NCBI GenBank assembly: GCA_038150265.1
Contig: JAYOTF010000013.1
Location: 13,726 to 77,725 of the forward strand
DNA length: 64,000 bases
Source of the DNA: Deltaproteobacteria bacterium
Lineage (GTDB): Bacteria > SAR324 > NAC60-12
Reading direction: 5' to 3'
Position 1 is the stretch's first letter; every line of letters begins with the position of its first letter. Positions 1 through 10,509 of the stretch are shown here, in pieces. The position numbers were made by a program, and so were the translations under genes. Under the pieces are notes generated by a model. It was not told where the DNA came from, searched no databases, and worked only from the letters and a program-made list of their open reading frames with translations.

Positions 1-2871
1 GCTTGAGCCATCCGGACCCAGCAGGAGCTGCCCCCGTCCGGGAGCTTCCACCCCATCGATGGTGCCTTCGACATCCTGACCATTGGTCTGGGTCGCAGAA
101 GAGAGCCCCAGGGCATCAAGGTTCTTGTCTTCTCCAGGTTCGACCTCCACTGAGGAGTTCTTGCCGTAGGAGCCCGACACAAACCGCAGCCCTCCCTGGA
201 AGGCCTCGACCTGAATGCCACGCCGTCCCAGAACCTTGTCCTCATTGAGGCTCTTCTGGATCGACTTGGCCAGGCTGGAGACGGTATAGACGTCCTTGCG
301 TAGCTCAATCGGGTCCGAGGCCCGACCGTTGTTCCGGACAACGAGCACGTTGTTCGTGTCATCAATCCGGACCATGCCTCCCGGAATGGCTTCTCCCAGC
401 AGGGTGCCCTTCTTGGCCACCTGGGTGACATCGACCTTGTACCCTTCCGGGCTGATCTTGGTCTTGTCGCCCAGTCCCACAAAGGAGACTCCGGGGTTGT
501 CGGATTCGCCGTTGCTGCGGAACAGGTTGGCGACCGACACAAAATCGTTCTCAATCTTCTCACTGAGCTTCTTGTCGTCCAACGACATGGTGCCCTTGTC
601 GTTGATGCGCAACCCGATGGAGAAGAGCATGTTGGTCGCCGGAGGCAACCCCGCCACGGTGGCAATGGTCGTCGTCGCAATGTCGTTGGTGATCTGCGTG
701 AGGTTGCGATCACTCAACAGCGGCGCGGCCGTGTTCGTGGCCTTGTCAAACTTCGACAGCTCCTTGGCCGTGGCCTGATAGGTGTTGTACGCGTCCACAA
801 AATCCTGAACCCGTTCCCGGGCCTTGTCCGTGTCGCCAATCACCGAAACGGTCACCAGGTCCTTGCTTGGAGAGAGGAACTCCAGGTCCAGGCCGGGAAT
901 GATGTCGTTGGCCTTGTTCTCCGACCGGCGGACTTCGAGGCCGCCCCCCTGATCCGACGCCCCAAGGCGCAGGACCAGATCCTTTGCCTGCCGCACCGTT
1001 GAGGTGTAGGTCCGGATCTGGAAGCGATCTCCTTCGTACAGGTCTCCGGGGCCAAGCGCGACATTCAGGCCACTGTCAAAGGGAACCGGTGTCCCCGGGC
1101 GGTAGCCTTCGCCCATGTTGATGACCCCTTTGTTGCCCTGGTCATCTTCCCAGTCGACCAGCAGGGCTCGGGTGATGCCCACGCCGCCTCGACGCCGCAC
1201 CGAAAAGGTGTACGTCTTGGCCAGGTCCTGATCGAAGGAGCCGGTGACGCGGATTTCCGCGGTGCTGACGTTGCCTCCGTATTCCGGAAGCCCATCTTCC
1301 ACTTTCGGACGGTTGGCATCCCGAACTTCAGGATCCTGGTCCTCGTAAGGGCTCCACTCGGCCACCTCATCGACCTTCCCGGTCACGCCCCGAACCTCGT
1401 CAGGGAGCCACCACCAGCTTTCGGAGGTGGGAGCCTTGAGGTCGATCTCGGCGGTGTCTCCGTCTTGCAGCACACCGGGGGGAACCTCAATGAACAGCCC
1501 GTTCCCGATGGGCAGCGACGTGGGCCCTGCCTGGGCGCCGTCTTCGCCGTTGAACTTCAGGTCAAACAGCGCTTCGCCGTCTTTCGAGTCGTAAGCGGTC
1601 GCCGTTGCCGGATCACGCTGGTCCACCGACTCGGACTGATACGGGTAGCTGAGGCTCAGCTCGCCCTTTTCCCCAGTCTCCGTGAACTCGTAGTGCAGCA
1701 CCAGGGGCGTCTTGCCGCCGACCTGACCACTGCCCTGAACGCGGAAGATGACCTGCTGGTCGTCTTCGCCTTCGTACTGCCCGGTGACGTGAATGCCCCC
1801 CTTCTCCCCCTTCAGTCCCCAATCGCTGGGCGAGTAGACCTTGGAGGCGCGGTCGGCGTCACTGAGCCACCACAGCATGTCGGAGCGGGCGGCTCGGGCC
1901 TTGACCTTGAAGCTGTCGCCACTGACGATCTCACCGTCACTGAAGCGCAGCTGGATGCCATCAACCACGTCCACAGGGGTGCCTGGGGAGTAGTTGTATT
2001 CATTGATCTCAATCTGCCCCTCACGGCCCTGGCTGTCGGACCAGCCGAGGACCACGCCTTCAGGCGATGGGACCATTCCGGCTTTCAAGACCCGGAAGGT
2101 GAGCTCAATGTCTTCCTCCCCGGTGTAGTTGCCGGTGGAGTCGATGATCGGTGTGGAGGCTCCTGCGCCTCCTCGCTCAATCGGCTTGGGCGGAGCGACC
2201 TCCAGTCCTTCCCAGCTGGCCGTCTCGTCGTGCCGGTTCCGGAAGTCGGGGGCATTGTCGGCGCCCTGGAGGTTGACGGAAATGTTGATCCGTCCCTCTT
2301 CCCCCGTCCGTTTGCTGGTCAGCAGCAAGCGGTAGGGCTGATCGCCATGGGTGCGGGCAATGAAGGCCTCCACCTCGGCTTCCGACTCGTTGATGGTCCG
2401 TCGGAGGCCTTCCAGCGTGTTGTTGTCGTCGTCAATGGTCAGCGTGACTGGAGAATCCTCCTCGTTGTTGCCGACCTTGATGCTGATGGAGCCGGTGCCA
2501 ATGCGGGTGTCTTCCGAGTCAAAGCCCTGCGAAGCAATCTGGTGCGAGAGGGCGACGGAATCGACCGCAATGACGGTCTTGCCGGGCTTTGCATCCCGAC
2601 GGGCTCGGGCCACCACGACTTCCGGGTGACTGGACTCGACGCTGCGAGCCTCCCAGATGTCGGTGCTGTCAAGCGAGGTGACGACGTCCTGCAGCTTGTC
2701 GAGCTCTGCTTTGACAATGCTCCAGGATTCAATCTCCTTGAGCTTCTCATCCTTGCGTTGCTGGATGGGCTCAAGCTTCCGTTTTTCGATTTTGACGAAG
2801 CGGTCAACAATCTCCTGGGTGTTCATCTTGGAACCCAGACCGGTTACCGCATTCGGATTCAGTTCCGCCAA
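1..2871 (-). CDS. fliD: Flagellar filament cap protein FliD (HAP2), unusually large (>957 aa); 3' end lies outside the window
   Basis: Absent from the ORF track because it runs off the edge. Hand translation from TTG at 2871 gives MAELNPNAVTGLGSKMNTQEIVDRFVKIEKRKLEPIQ (FliD N-terminus), ...HQIASQGF..., YRLLLTSKRTGEEG, and ...DTDKARERVQDFVDAYN (FliD_C). The frame at position 1 matches the start. Lies directly downstream of flagellin. Confidence 0.88.
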   Translation of the reverse strand, partial: MAELNPNAVTGLGSKMNTQEIVDRFVKIEKRKLEPIQQRKDEKLKEIESWSIVKAELDKLQDVVTSLDSTDIWEARSVESSHPEVVVARARRDAKPGKTVIAVDSVALSHQIASQGFDSEDTRIGTGSISIKVGNNEEDSPVTLTIDDDNNTLEGLRRTINESEAEVEAFIARTHGDQPYRLLLTSKRTGEEGRINISVNLQGADNAPDFRNRHDETASWEGLEVAPPKPIERGGAGASTPIIDSTGNYTGEEDIELTFRVLKAGMVPSPEGVVLGWSDSQGREGQIEINEYNYSPGTPVDVVDGIQLRFSDGEIVSGDSFKVKARAARSDMLWWLSDADRASKVYSPSDWGLKGEKGGIHVTGQYEGEDDQQVIFRVQGSGQVGGKTPLVLHYEFTETGEKGELSLSYPYQSESVDQRDPATATAYDSKDGEALFDLKFNGEDGAQAGPTSLPIGNGLFIEVPPGVLQDGDTAEIDLKAPTSESWWWLPDEVRGVTGKVDEVAEWSPYEDQDPEVRDANRPKVEDGLPEYGGNVSTAEIRVTGSFDQDLAKTYTFSVRRRGGVGITRALLVDWEDDQGNKGVINMGEGYRPGTPVPFDSGLNVALGPGDLYEGDRFQIRTYTSTVRQAKDLVLRLGASDQGGGLEVRRSENKANDIIPGLDLEFLSPSKDLVTVSVIGDTDKARERVQDFVDAYNTYQATAKELSKFDKATNTAAPLLSDRNLTQITNDIATTTIATVAGLPPATNMLFSIGLRINDKGTMSLDDKKLSEKIENDFVSVANLFRSNGESDNPGVSFVGLGDKTKISPEGYKVDVTQVAKKGTLLGEAIPGGMVRIDDTNNVLVVRNNGRASDPIELRKDVYTVSSLAKSIQKSLNEDKVLGRRGIQVEAFQGGLRFVSGSYGKNSSVEVEPGEDKNLDALGLSSATQTNGQDVEGTIDGVEAPGRGQLLLGPDGSS

Positions 2872-3027
2872 GGCAGATTTCGCTTCTCAGACGTGTAAGT
2901 TTGCCGCTACCTAGGAAGAAATTGCCTTGGCAGCTTAAACGCAAACCTCTGAAATGATTGGCCATCCTCTGAATCGTCAAAAAGACGGAGAGGGGGCACT
3001 CAGAGGCTTCAAGAAGCGTTCCAGCGC

Positions 3028-4785
3028 TTAGTTGCCCACGTTCAGCAGTTGCAGGACGGAGCGAGGAACCTGGTTGGCCTGGGCCAGCATGGCGGTTCCG
3101 GAGGAGAGCAGGATCTGGTTCTTGACCAGGTGGCTCATCTCTTCGGCCATGTCGGTGTCAGCCAGCTGCGATTCGGAAGACGTCAGGTTCTCACGAGCAA
3201 CCCGCAGGTTGTTGAGGTTGGTCTCCAGAGAGTTCTTCTGGAAGGACCCCAGACGTCCCCGCAGGGAGGAAACATCGCCGATGGCCGCATCGACCACCAG
3301 CAGCGCGTCCTGAGCGAGATCCGCTCCTCGGACGTCGATGTCTGCCAGGCTGCGGAAGCCACTTCCGTTTTCGACGTTGGTGGCCAGGAATTCCGGATTG
3401 ATGCTCCGGACCGAAATCTTTCCCTGTTGGCCGTAGTTGGGGCCAATCTGGAAGTTCAGGGAGTTCTGAGTGACGTGGACGTAGCCGTCAATGGGCTCGC
3501 CGACGAGCAGGTCGTTTCCGTTCTCCTGCTTGAAGAGTCCCGCCACTCGGTTGTCAATGCGGTTGAAGACTTCGTAGATGACGTCGTCTGTGGTGTTGGA
3601 GTACCGAACCTTGACGCCTTCTGCCGGAGTTCCGGGAGCGCCGGTGAGGTACTGGCCTTCTCCGAGGGCTGGCTCGCCAACACCAGTCTCCGGGTTCCCG
3701 CCGATCGAGCCTTCCACATCCCGTCCGGGGATGGAGAAGATGGCTTCGTTGGCCGGTGTGTCTTCCTGGAAGAAGTAATCCAGGGTCGTGGAGACGGTAA
3801 AGTTGGGCGCGCTGCCGAAGTCTCGGTGGCGGATGACGATCACCTCTTCATCGCCCACCAGGTCCTTGATTTCCCCCGGGTACTCGGCGAGCTTGCGCAG
3901 CGCGTCGTCCAGGGTGTTGAAGTCGGAGATGTATTCGCCCAGTCGCTCGGAGGGGCGGTAGACCATCACTTCCACGTTCATGCCGGCGTCATCCACCTGC
4001 CGCTGCATCTCACTGACGATGAGCTGCTGAACCGCTCGCTCAGCCCGGTAGATGGCATCCGGGGAGCCGTCGCGCAGAGCGGCGCTGGCCAGCTTTTCGA
4101 TCTGGCTGTTCAGCTCCTTGTTCTTGTTGAGGTCAATGCCAACGGTGCGTTTGCCTTCGTTGATCACAAAGGACACGACCTTGTTCGGGTCGGAAGAGAC
4201 CACGTCTTCCAGGTGCAGGGCACGGGTCGCGACCAGGAAGGACCGGGTGGCGACCTGGGTGATGTCCACCTTGTAGCCTTCAGCAGGAGACGACTTGCTG
4301 ACCTCCGTGGCGCCGATGAAGTCCAGTCCGTTGCCGACGGCAACACCGGTTGCGGCATTGCTGCCGTCCAGCAGCGTTTGGGTGCCGAACTGCGTGTTCT
4401 TGGCAATGTTCCGGATGGTCGCCAGCAGGTTCTCAATTTCGATCTGGTCCGCCTCGAGCATCTTCTCATCGTTGGCCCCTTCGTTGGCCGCGTGCACCGC
4501 CAGCTGGCGGAGGTTGATGAGGATGTTGCTGACCTCGCTCAGGGCGCTTTCCGTGGTTTGAATCATGGAGATCGACGTCTCCGAGTTCTGAACGGCTTGC
4601 CCAAGCGACTCAATCTGAGACTTCATTTGCTCGGAAATCACCAGGGAGGCGGGTCCGTCGGCGGCGCGATTCAAGCGTCGTCCCGAGGAGAGCCGCTCCA
4701 GGTTGCCCGTGAGTTCTCGCTCCGTGCGGTTCAGTTGCCGCAGAGCGTTGAGGGCTGCTATGTTGGAGTTGACCCGAAGTGCCAT
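3028..4785 (-). CDS. fliC: Flagellin, 585 aa, with a large central insert
   Basis: Conserved N-terminus MALRVNSNIAALNA...LERLSSGRRLNRAADGPASLVISEQM and C-terminus RGRLGSFQKN...ADTDMAEEM...AMLAQANQVPRSVLQLL. Confidence 0.96.
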   Translation of the reverse strand: MALRVNSNIAALNALRQLNRTERELTGNLERLSSGRRLNRAADGPASLVISEQMKSQIESLGQAVQNSETSISMIQTTESALSEVSNILINLRQLAVHAANEGANDEKMLEADQIEIENLLATIRNIAKNTQFGTQTLLDGSNAATGVAVGNGLDFIGATEVSKSSPAEGYKVDITQVATRSFLVATRALHLEDVVSSDPNKVVSFVINEGKRTVGIDLNKNKELNSQIEKLASAALRDGSPDAIYRAERAVQQLIVSEMQRQVDDAGMNVEVMVYRPSERLGEYISDFNTLDDALRKLAEYPGEIKDLVGDEEVIVIRHRDFGSAPNFTVSTTLDYFFQEDTPANEAIFSIPGRDVEGSIGGNPETGVGEPALGEGQYLTGAPGTPAEGVKVRYSNTTDDVIYEVFNRIDNRVAGLFKQENGNDLLVGEPIDGYVHVTQNSLNFQIGPNYGQQGKISVRSINPEFLATNVENGSGFRSLADIDVRGADLAQDALLVVDAAIGDVSSLRGRLGSFQKNSLETNLNNLRVARENLTSSESQLADTDMAEEMSHLVKNQILLSSGTAMLAQANQVPRSVLQLLNVGN

Positions 4786-4825
4786 TGGTGGTTCCGAGAG
4801 TTGAAGTTAACTGTTCCTGAATGCC

Positions 4826-4852
4826 TTATCGGTGTCTGAGCAGAATTCTTTA
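4826..4852 (-). promoter_or_regulatory. Sigma-28 (FliA) promoter, proximal, for flagellin
   Basis: Minus strand reads TAAA-gaattctgctcagac(15 nt)-ACCGATAA; consensus is TAAA-N15-GCCGATAA. Confidence 0.8.
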
Positions 4853-4917
4853 GCGATCAGATGAATTTTTTTTTCATCCGTCGCTGTTCCGTTCTGCCGA
4901 ACCGCGACCTGTGTTCC

Positions 4918-4944
4918 TTATCGGACGCTCCGTCCAAGACTTTA
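4918..4944 (-). promoter_or_regulatory. Sigma-28 (FliA) promoter, distal, for flagellin
   Basis: Minus strand reads TAAA-gtcttggacggagcg(15 nt)-TCCGATAA. Confidence 0.75.
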
Positions 4945-4951
4945 ATAAAAA

Positions 4952-6016
<1,065 letters not shown>

Positions 6017-6108
6017 CGCTTTTTTCTTGCATTTCCCCAGCGTCCATGGATTCATGAGGGACCGCCGTCGTGGCGGGGATCCTTCAAAACCTCAGTAAGG
6101 AGTGGCTA

Positions 6109-6393
6109 ATGAAGAAACTCGCTTGTGTCTTCGTAGGTGGCTTGATGCTTGCCGGAACCGCTTGGGCCGGCTGCTCGGGGCACTCGAACCTGACCATGGC
6201 CAAGATGTCCAAAGGGCAGGAAGTCATCATGGTTGTGGAAGTCAACGGCATGCAACTGGAAGAGGTTCGTGGAACCTCGGAAGCACCCGTCTACAACGTC
6301 AAGAGCACCCTGGGACAGGTGGTGGCCAAGGAAATTTCCAAGGACCAACTCTCCACTCAGTTCCCTGAGCTTCACAAGGCCCTCGCTGGCTAA
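6109..6393 (+). CDS. Small secreted hypothetical protein
   Basis: RBS AAGGAG upstream; signal peptide MKKLACVFVGGLMLAGTAWA followed by GCSGH; followed by a palindrome. Confidence 0.7.
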   Translation: MKKLACVFVGGLMLAGTAWAGCSGHSNLTMAKMSKGQEVIMVVEVNGMQLEEVRGTSEAPVYNVKSTLGQVVAKEISKDQLSTQFPELHKALAG

Positions 6394-6401
6394 GTCCTGC
6401 C

Positions 6402-6421
6402 TGCGCCCGAATTCGGGCGCA
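6402..6421. terminator. Perfect 20-bp palindrome between convergent genes (probable bidirectional terminator)
   Basis: tgcgcccgaattcgggcgca lies between the stops at 6393 (+) and 6445 (-). Confidence 0.55.
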
Positions 6422-6444
6422 TTTGCCTTCCTGTTCCGCTTTCC

Positions 6445-6642
6445 CTAGACGAACTCTCCGTCCAACTCGGCTTCCCAGTCCGAGTCTTCCAGGTTCAGCA
6501 TGCCGCCGCCCAGATTGACCCGCCGACGGGTGTCTTCGGAGTTGGTGGAGTCCAAACGCGTGATGGTGCCTCCGCGCTGAAGGAATTCAGCCACGGCCTG
6601 GTCCAATTCGTTTCGGGTGATTTCGGGTTCGCGCTGTTGCAT
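6445..6642 (-). CDS. Small acidic protein with a SutA-like RNA-polymerase-binding motif
   Basis: MQQREPEITRNELDQAVAEFLQRGGTITRL...; the EFLxRGG[KT]I motif resembles the SutA core; acidic tail LEDSDWEAELDGEFV. Confidence 0.6.
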   Translation of the reverse strand: MQQREPEITRNELDQAVAEFLQRGGTITRLDSTNSEDTRRRVNLGGGMLNLEDSDWEAELDGEFV

Positions 6643-6762
6643 GCGAGCAAACTGAGGAGAGGGAAGTGGTTTCACGAGAAGACCTTGAATGAGGAAAACC
6701 AAAAATTATCGGATGACTTGATGGAGGTGTCAACCTAAATTCAAGGGCTCTCGTGAAAATTC

Positions 6763-7818
6763 TCAGGACCGGTCCAGGGGGTGCCGGAAGTGAGCAGGCG
6801 GGAATTCCTCCAGTCCGGAGATGTTGGGGTACTCCTTCTCGACCCACTCAAGGGGGTAGCCGTGCTTGAGGCGTCCCACTTCATCCAGGCGTTCCCAGTG
6901 TTCCTGAGGCAGGTTCCACTCGGCGACAGCCAGGGAGTCCTGCACATGCTCCACCGTCCGGGGGCCAATGATCACGGAGCTGATGCGCTTGTCGCCAAAG
7001 AGCCACGCCAGCGCCACCTGTCCGGGGGTCTTCCCCACGGCCTCGGCGACCTCCTTGAGGGCCTCGACGATGTCAAACGCCTGGTCGCTGTAGTAGCGGG
7101 GAATGTCCACGTTCTTGCGGAACGAGATGCGCGAGCCTTCCGGGGGCTCGGCGTTGCGTTCGTACTTGCCACTGAGGAAGCCACTGGCGAGCGGGCTCCA
7201 GCAGAGCATCCCCAGCCCCTGATCGGCACAGGCGGGAAGGATCTCGCGCTCAATGTCCCGGCGCACCAGGTTGTACAGGTGCTGGGCGCTGATGAGGCGA
7301 GCCCAGCCGTAGCGCTCAGAAAGGGCGTTGGCCTTGACGATCTGCCAGCCGTAGTAGTTGCTGCACCCGATGTAGCGCACCTTCCCGGCGCGGACGAGGT
7401 CGTCGAGCGCCCGCATGGTTTCTTCCATCGGGGTGAACCAGTCCGGACCATGAATCTGGTAGAGGTCCACGTAGTCCGTGCCCAGCCGCTGCAAGCTGGC
7501 GTCCAGGGCTTCCACAAGGTGCTTGCGGGAAACGCCCTTGGCGTTGGCGCCGGAACCCATCCGAAACCACCCCTTGGTGGCCACCACCAGATCGTCTCGT
7601 TTGTGGTGCGCGATCGCCTTCCCCAGCATGGTCTCAGACATCCCGGCGCTGTACATGTCCGCTGTGTCCAGAAAGTTCCCTCCGGCTTCCACAAACTTGT
7701 CCACAATCTGAGTCGCGGCGTCCTGGTCGCATCCCCAGTTCTTCATCCCAAAGGTCATGGTGCCCAAGCAGATCCGCGAAACCAGGAGTCCTGAGCGTCC
7801 TAAGTACCGATAGTGCAT
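6763..7818 (-). CDS. Aldo/keto reductase
   Basis: YRYLGRSGLLVSRICLGTMTFG, DTADMY, SLQRLGTDYVDLYQIH, GKVRYIGCSN, WSPLASGFLSGKY. Confidence 0.94.
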   Translation of the reverse strand: MHYRYLGRSGLLVSRICLGTMTFGMKNWGCDQDAATQIVDKFVEAGGNFLDTADMYSAGMSETMLGKAIAHHKRDDLVVATKGWFRMGSGANAKGVSRKHLVEALDASLQRLGTDYVDLYQIHGPDWFTPMEETMRALDDLVRAGKVRYIGCSNYYGWQIVKANALSERYGWARLISAQHLYNLVRRDIEREILPACADQGLGMLCWSPLASGFLSGKYERNAEPPEGSRISFRKNVDIPRYYSDQAFDIVEALKEVAEAVGKTPGQVALAWLFGDKRISSVIIGPRTVEHVQDSLAVAEWNLPQEHWERLDEVGRLKHGYPLEWVEKEYPNISGLEEFPPAHFRHPLDRS

Positions 7819-8041
7819 GTGTGGCCTTCTCTTCCATCGTTAAAGGGTGATTCAGCAACGGTGCTGGAGTGAGTGTTTGCGTAGCATGACCGAGAGTGCA
7901 CCGGAGGTCAATCTTTCATTTGGGCCCGGAATTTTGGGAAAAACGGTTTTTCCACAATCCACCGGAGCTGGGCACTTGATCTTTTCCTGAAAAGGATCCA
8001 GATTTCCTCAAATCGGAAAGACCCCCTGATGGTGAAGCCTC

Positions 8042-9571
8042 ATGTCTCCAACACCGACCGCTGCTCCAGCCTCCACAAATGACTTCATTGGCGCCGAGAT
8101 CTCCAGGCTCGGGAAGAGCAAACCCTCGCTGAAGGCGCTCTTTTCGCTGGTGGAATTTTCGGGCACGCCGGTCATGATCACCCGCCTGAGTGACGGAGAG
8201 GTGCTGTATGCGAATACGGCCATGGAGGAGCTGGCGCAGACGACGCGGACGGAGCTGATTGGGCGCATGGCCCCCAGCCTGTACCAGCGGGAAGAAGACC
8301 GCGCCCCCCTTGTGGAAAAGCTCTATGCGGAAGGACGGGTCCGGAACTACCGAATTGATGTGCGAGGGGTCCAGGGGCGGGAGTTCACGGTGCTGTGCAA
8401 CGCGGAAATAGTGGACTACCTTGGCGAGCAGGCCATCCTCAACACGTACCTGGACGTGACGGAGGTCCAGCGTGAGCTGCTCCGCCAGCAGCAGTTTCAC
8501 CTCCTGACGGCGTCGTTTTTGGGCGTTGGGTACGGAACCTACCACCTCGAAACGGGGACCATGACGGTGGATGCCAGCGTTCAGGAACTGCTGGAGCTGG
8601 GGCCCGAGGAGTCGTTTTCGCTGCCGTGCTTCCTGAAGCGCATTCCGGAGGCAAACCGGGAGTTTGTGACCCAGCGGGTGGAGCAGGCCTTTGAGCAGCT
8701 CAAGTCTGGAACGCGTACCCAGGAGGAGTACCTCCTGCACCTGCCCAGCGGTCAACAGCGCATTGTCCGCATCAGCTCCCTGCCCTTCCAGGATTCCGAA
8801 AAATGGGTGGTGCACTTCTTCCAGGACATCACGGAGCGGGAGCTGCTGCGTCGCAAGTCTCGGCAGCAGGAGCGGCTTTCCTCACTGGGGCAGCTCACCG
8901 CTGAAATCGTTCACGACCTGCGCTCTCCGCTGGCTTCCATTGCGCTCAACACCGAGGCCCTGTACCGTCTGGCCCGTCAGGCCTCGCCGGCCAAGGCCCA
9001 GTGGCTTTATGAAAACTCGATGCAGTCCGTCCAGCGGGCATCAGACCTGATGAACCGGACCCTGGAGCAGACACGCCAGGGCGAGGTCAAGGTGGCGGTG
9101 AAGTTGAGTCAGGAAGTGAAGCGGGTCCTGGAGTCCCTCCAGACCTTTTTGCTGAAGCGCCGGATTTCAGTCAGCACTCAGCTGGTGGGCATGACAGAAG
9201 AGACGGAGCCGGAACTGGAGGTCAACCCGTTGTTGCTACAGCAGTGTCTGCAGAACCTCATCACGAACGCGGTGCAGGCGACGGTCCCCGTCATCAACAC
9301 GGGAATTCCTCCGGCGCAGGTGCCCATTGAGCTGCTCCTGAGTCCGCACAAGGGGTTCATGAAGCTGGAGGTTCTGGATTGCGGAGTGGGCATTCCAAAG
9401 GCGGATTTGCCTCACATCTTTGATGAGTTCTTCACCACTCAAGAAGGCGGAAACGGCATTGGCCTGGCGCTGTCTCGGAGGATTGCTGAAGAACACGGTG
9501 GGCACCTCGATGCGCTCAATCGCAGCGACCGCACCGGCGCCCGGTTGGTCCTGCAGCTTCCTCTCGCCTAG
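8042..9571 (+). CDS. PAS-domain sensor histidine kinase (soluble, orphan)
   Basis: PAS-like N-terminus (PVMITRLSDGEVLYAN), H-box EIVHDLRSPL, N-box QNLITNAVQA, G1 DCGVGI, F-box IFDEFFTT, G2 GNGIGL. Confidence 0.9.
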   Translation: MSPTPTAAPASTNDFIGAEISRLGKSKPSLKALFSLVEFSGTPVMITRLSDGEVLYANTAMEELAQTTRTELIGRMAPSLYQREEDRAPLVEKLYAEGRVRNYRIDVRGVQGREFTVLCNAEIVDYLGEQAILNTYLDVTEVQRELLRQQQFHLLTASFLGVGYGTYHLETGTMTVDASVQELLELGPEESFSLPCFLKRIPEANREFVTQRVEQAFEQLKSGTRTQEEYLLHLPSGQQRIVRISSLPFQDSEKWVVHFFQDITERELLRRKSRQQERLSSLGQLTAEIVHDLRSPLASIALNTEALYRLARQASPAKAQWLYENSMQSVQRASDLMNRTLEQTRQGEVKVAVKLSQEVKRVLESLQTFLLKRRISVSTQLVGMTEETEPELEVNPLLLQQCLQNLITNAVQATVPVINTGIPPAQVPIELLLSPHKGFMKLEVLDCGVGIPKADLPHIFDEFFTTQEGGNGIGLALSRRIAEEHGGHLDALNRSDRTGARLVLQLPLA

Positions 9572-9605
9572 ACGCTCCGGCCCCCTGCCCCTGGACCCGG
9601 AAGCC

Positions 9606-10457
9606 CTAACCTTCAGCGACAAAACGCTGAAAGGCTTCGGCATAGTCCGGATGCCAGCGAGAAAGCGGAGGCCGGTTTTCGATCAGATCCCCCATTGCCC
9701 ACGCCATCCGCTTTTCATCCAATTCCCGAGTCACGTCATTGTCCGGACAGAGGATGTAGAAGTCCCCGGCTTCCAGGCGTGCCATGAGGAAGTCTGCCGT
9801 TTGTTCCGGAGTCCAGGCGCCCGCCGGTTTTTCGGTGCGGCCGTTTCGCGTGAGGTCGGTGAAGACAAACCCGGGAATGAGCAGGTGCGCCGTCAGCTGG
9901 TGCCGGGCGGTGTTGCGGAGTTCATGAGCAAGGGCCTCGGTGAAGGTCTTCACTCCGCTCTTGCTGACGTTGTAGGCGGGGTCTCCGGGAGGAGTCGTGA
10001 TGCCTTGCTTGGAGCCCGTATTGATGATGAGGCCCGGGCGTGCCCGCTCAATCATGCGGGGCAGGAAGACCTGAGTGCCATGGACCACGCCGCCCAGGTT
10101 GACTCCAAGGATGCGGAGCCAGTTTTCCGGATCTTCGAGGAGGGTGCTGCCAGGCTGGGTCCCGGCGTTGTTCATGAGGACATCGGTGCCTCCCCAGCGG
10201 TCGGCGATTTCGACTTCCAGATCAATCAAGGCGTGCCGGTTGGAAACGTCCACCGTCCGGGTCAGCACTTCTGAGGCGCCTGCTTGCCGGACCTGTTCGG
10301 CGGCGTTTTCCAGCTGCGGCGCCCGGAGGTCCACCAGCACGATCTTCATGCCAAAGGCCGCGAATTTCCGGGCGGCAGCGAGTCCAATTCCAGCGGCGCC
10401 TCCGGTGACAACAGCAACGGAATGCTCCGTAAAGGCGGGGTGCGTCATGAGTTCCAT
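9606..10457 (-). CDS. Short-chain dehydrogenase/reductase
   Basis: VVTGGAAGIG, MNNAG, catalytic YNVSK. Confidence 0.93.
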   Translation of the reverse strand: MELMTHPAFTEHSVAVVTGGAAGIGLAAARKFAAFGMKIVLVDLRAPQLENAAEQVRQAGASEVLTRTVDVSNRHALIDLEVEIADRWGGTDVLMNNAGTQPGSTLLEDPENWLRILGVNLGGVVHGTQVFLPRMIERARPGLIINTGSKQGITTPPGDPAYNVSKSGVKTFTEALAHELRNTARHQLTAHLLIPGFVFTDLTRNGRTEKPAGAWTPEQTADFLMARLEAGDFYILCPDNDVTRELDEKRMAWAMGDLIENRPPLSRWHPDYAEAFQRFVAEG

Positions 10458-10509
10458 CTCCTAGGGGGTGAGCAAGGGAGCCGAGGCCCAGCGGCTGGCT
10501 CGGGGGCCG

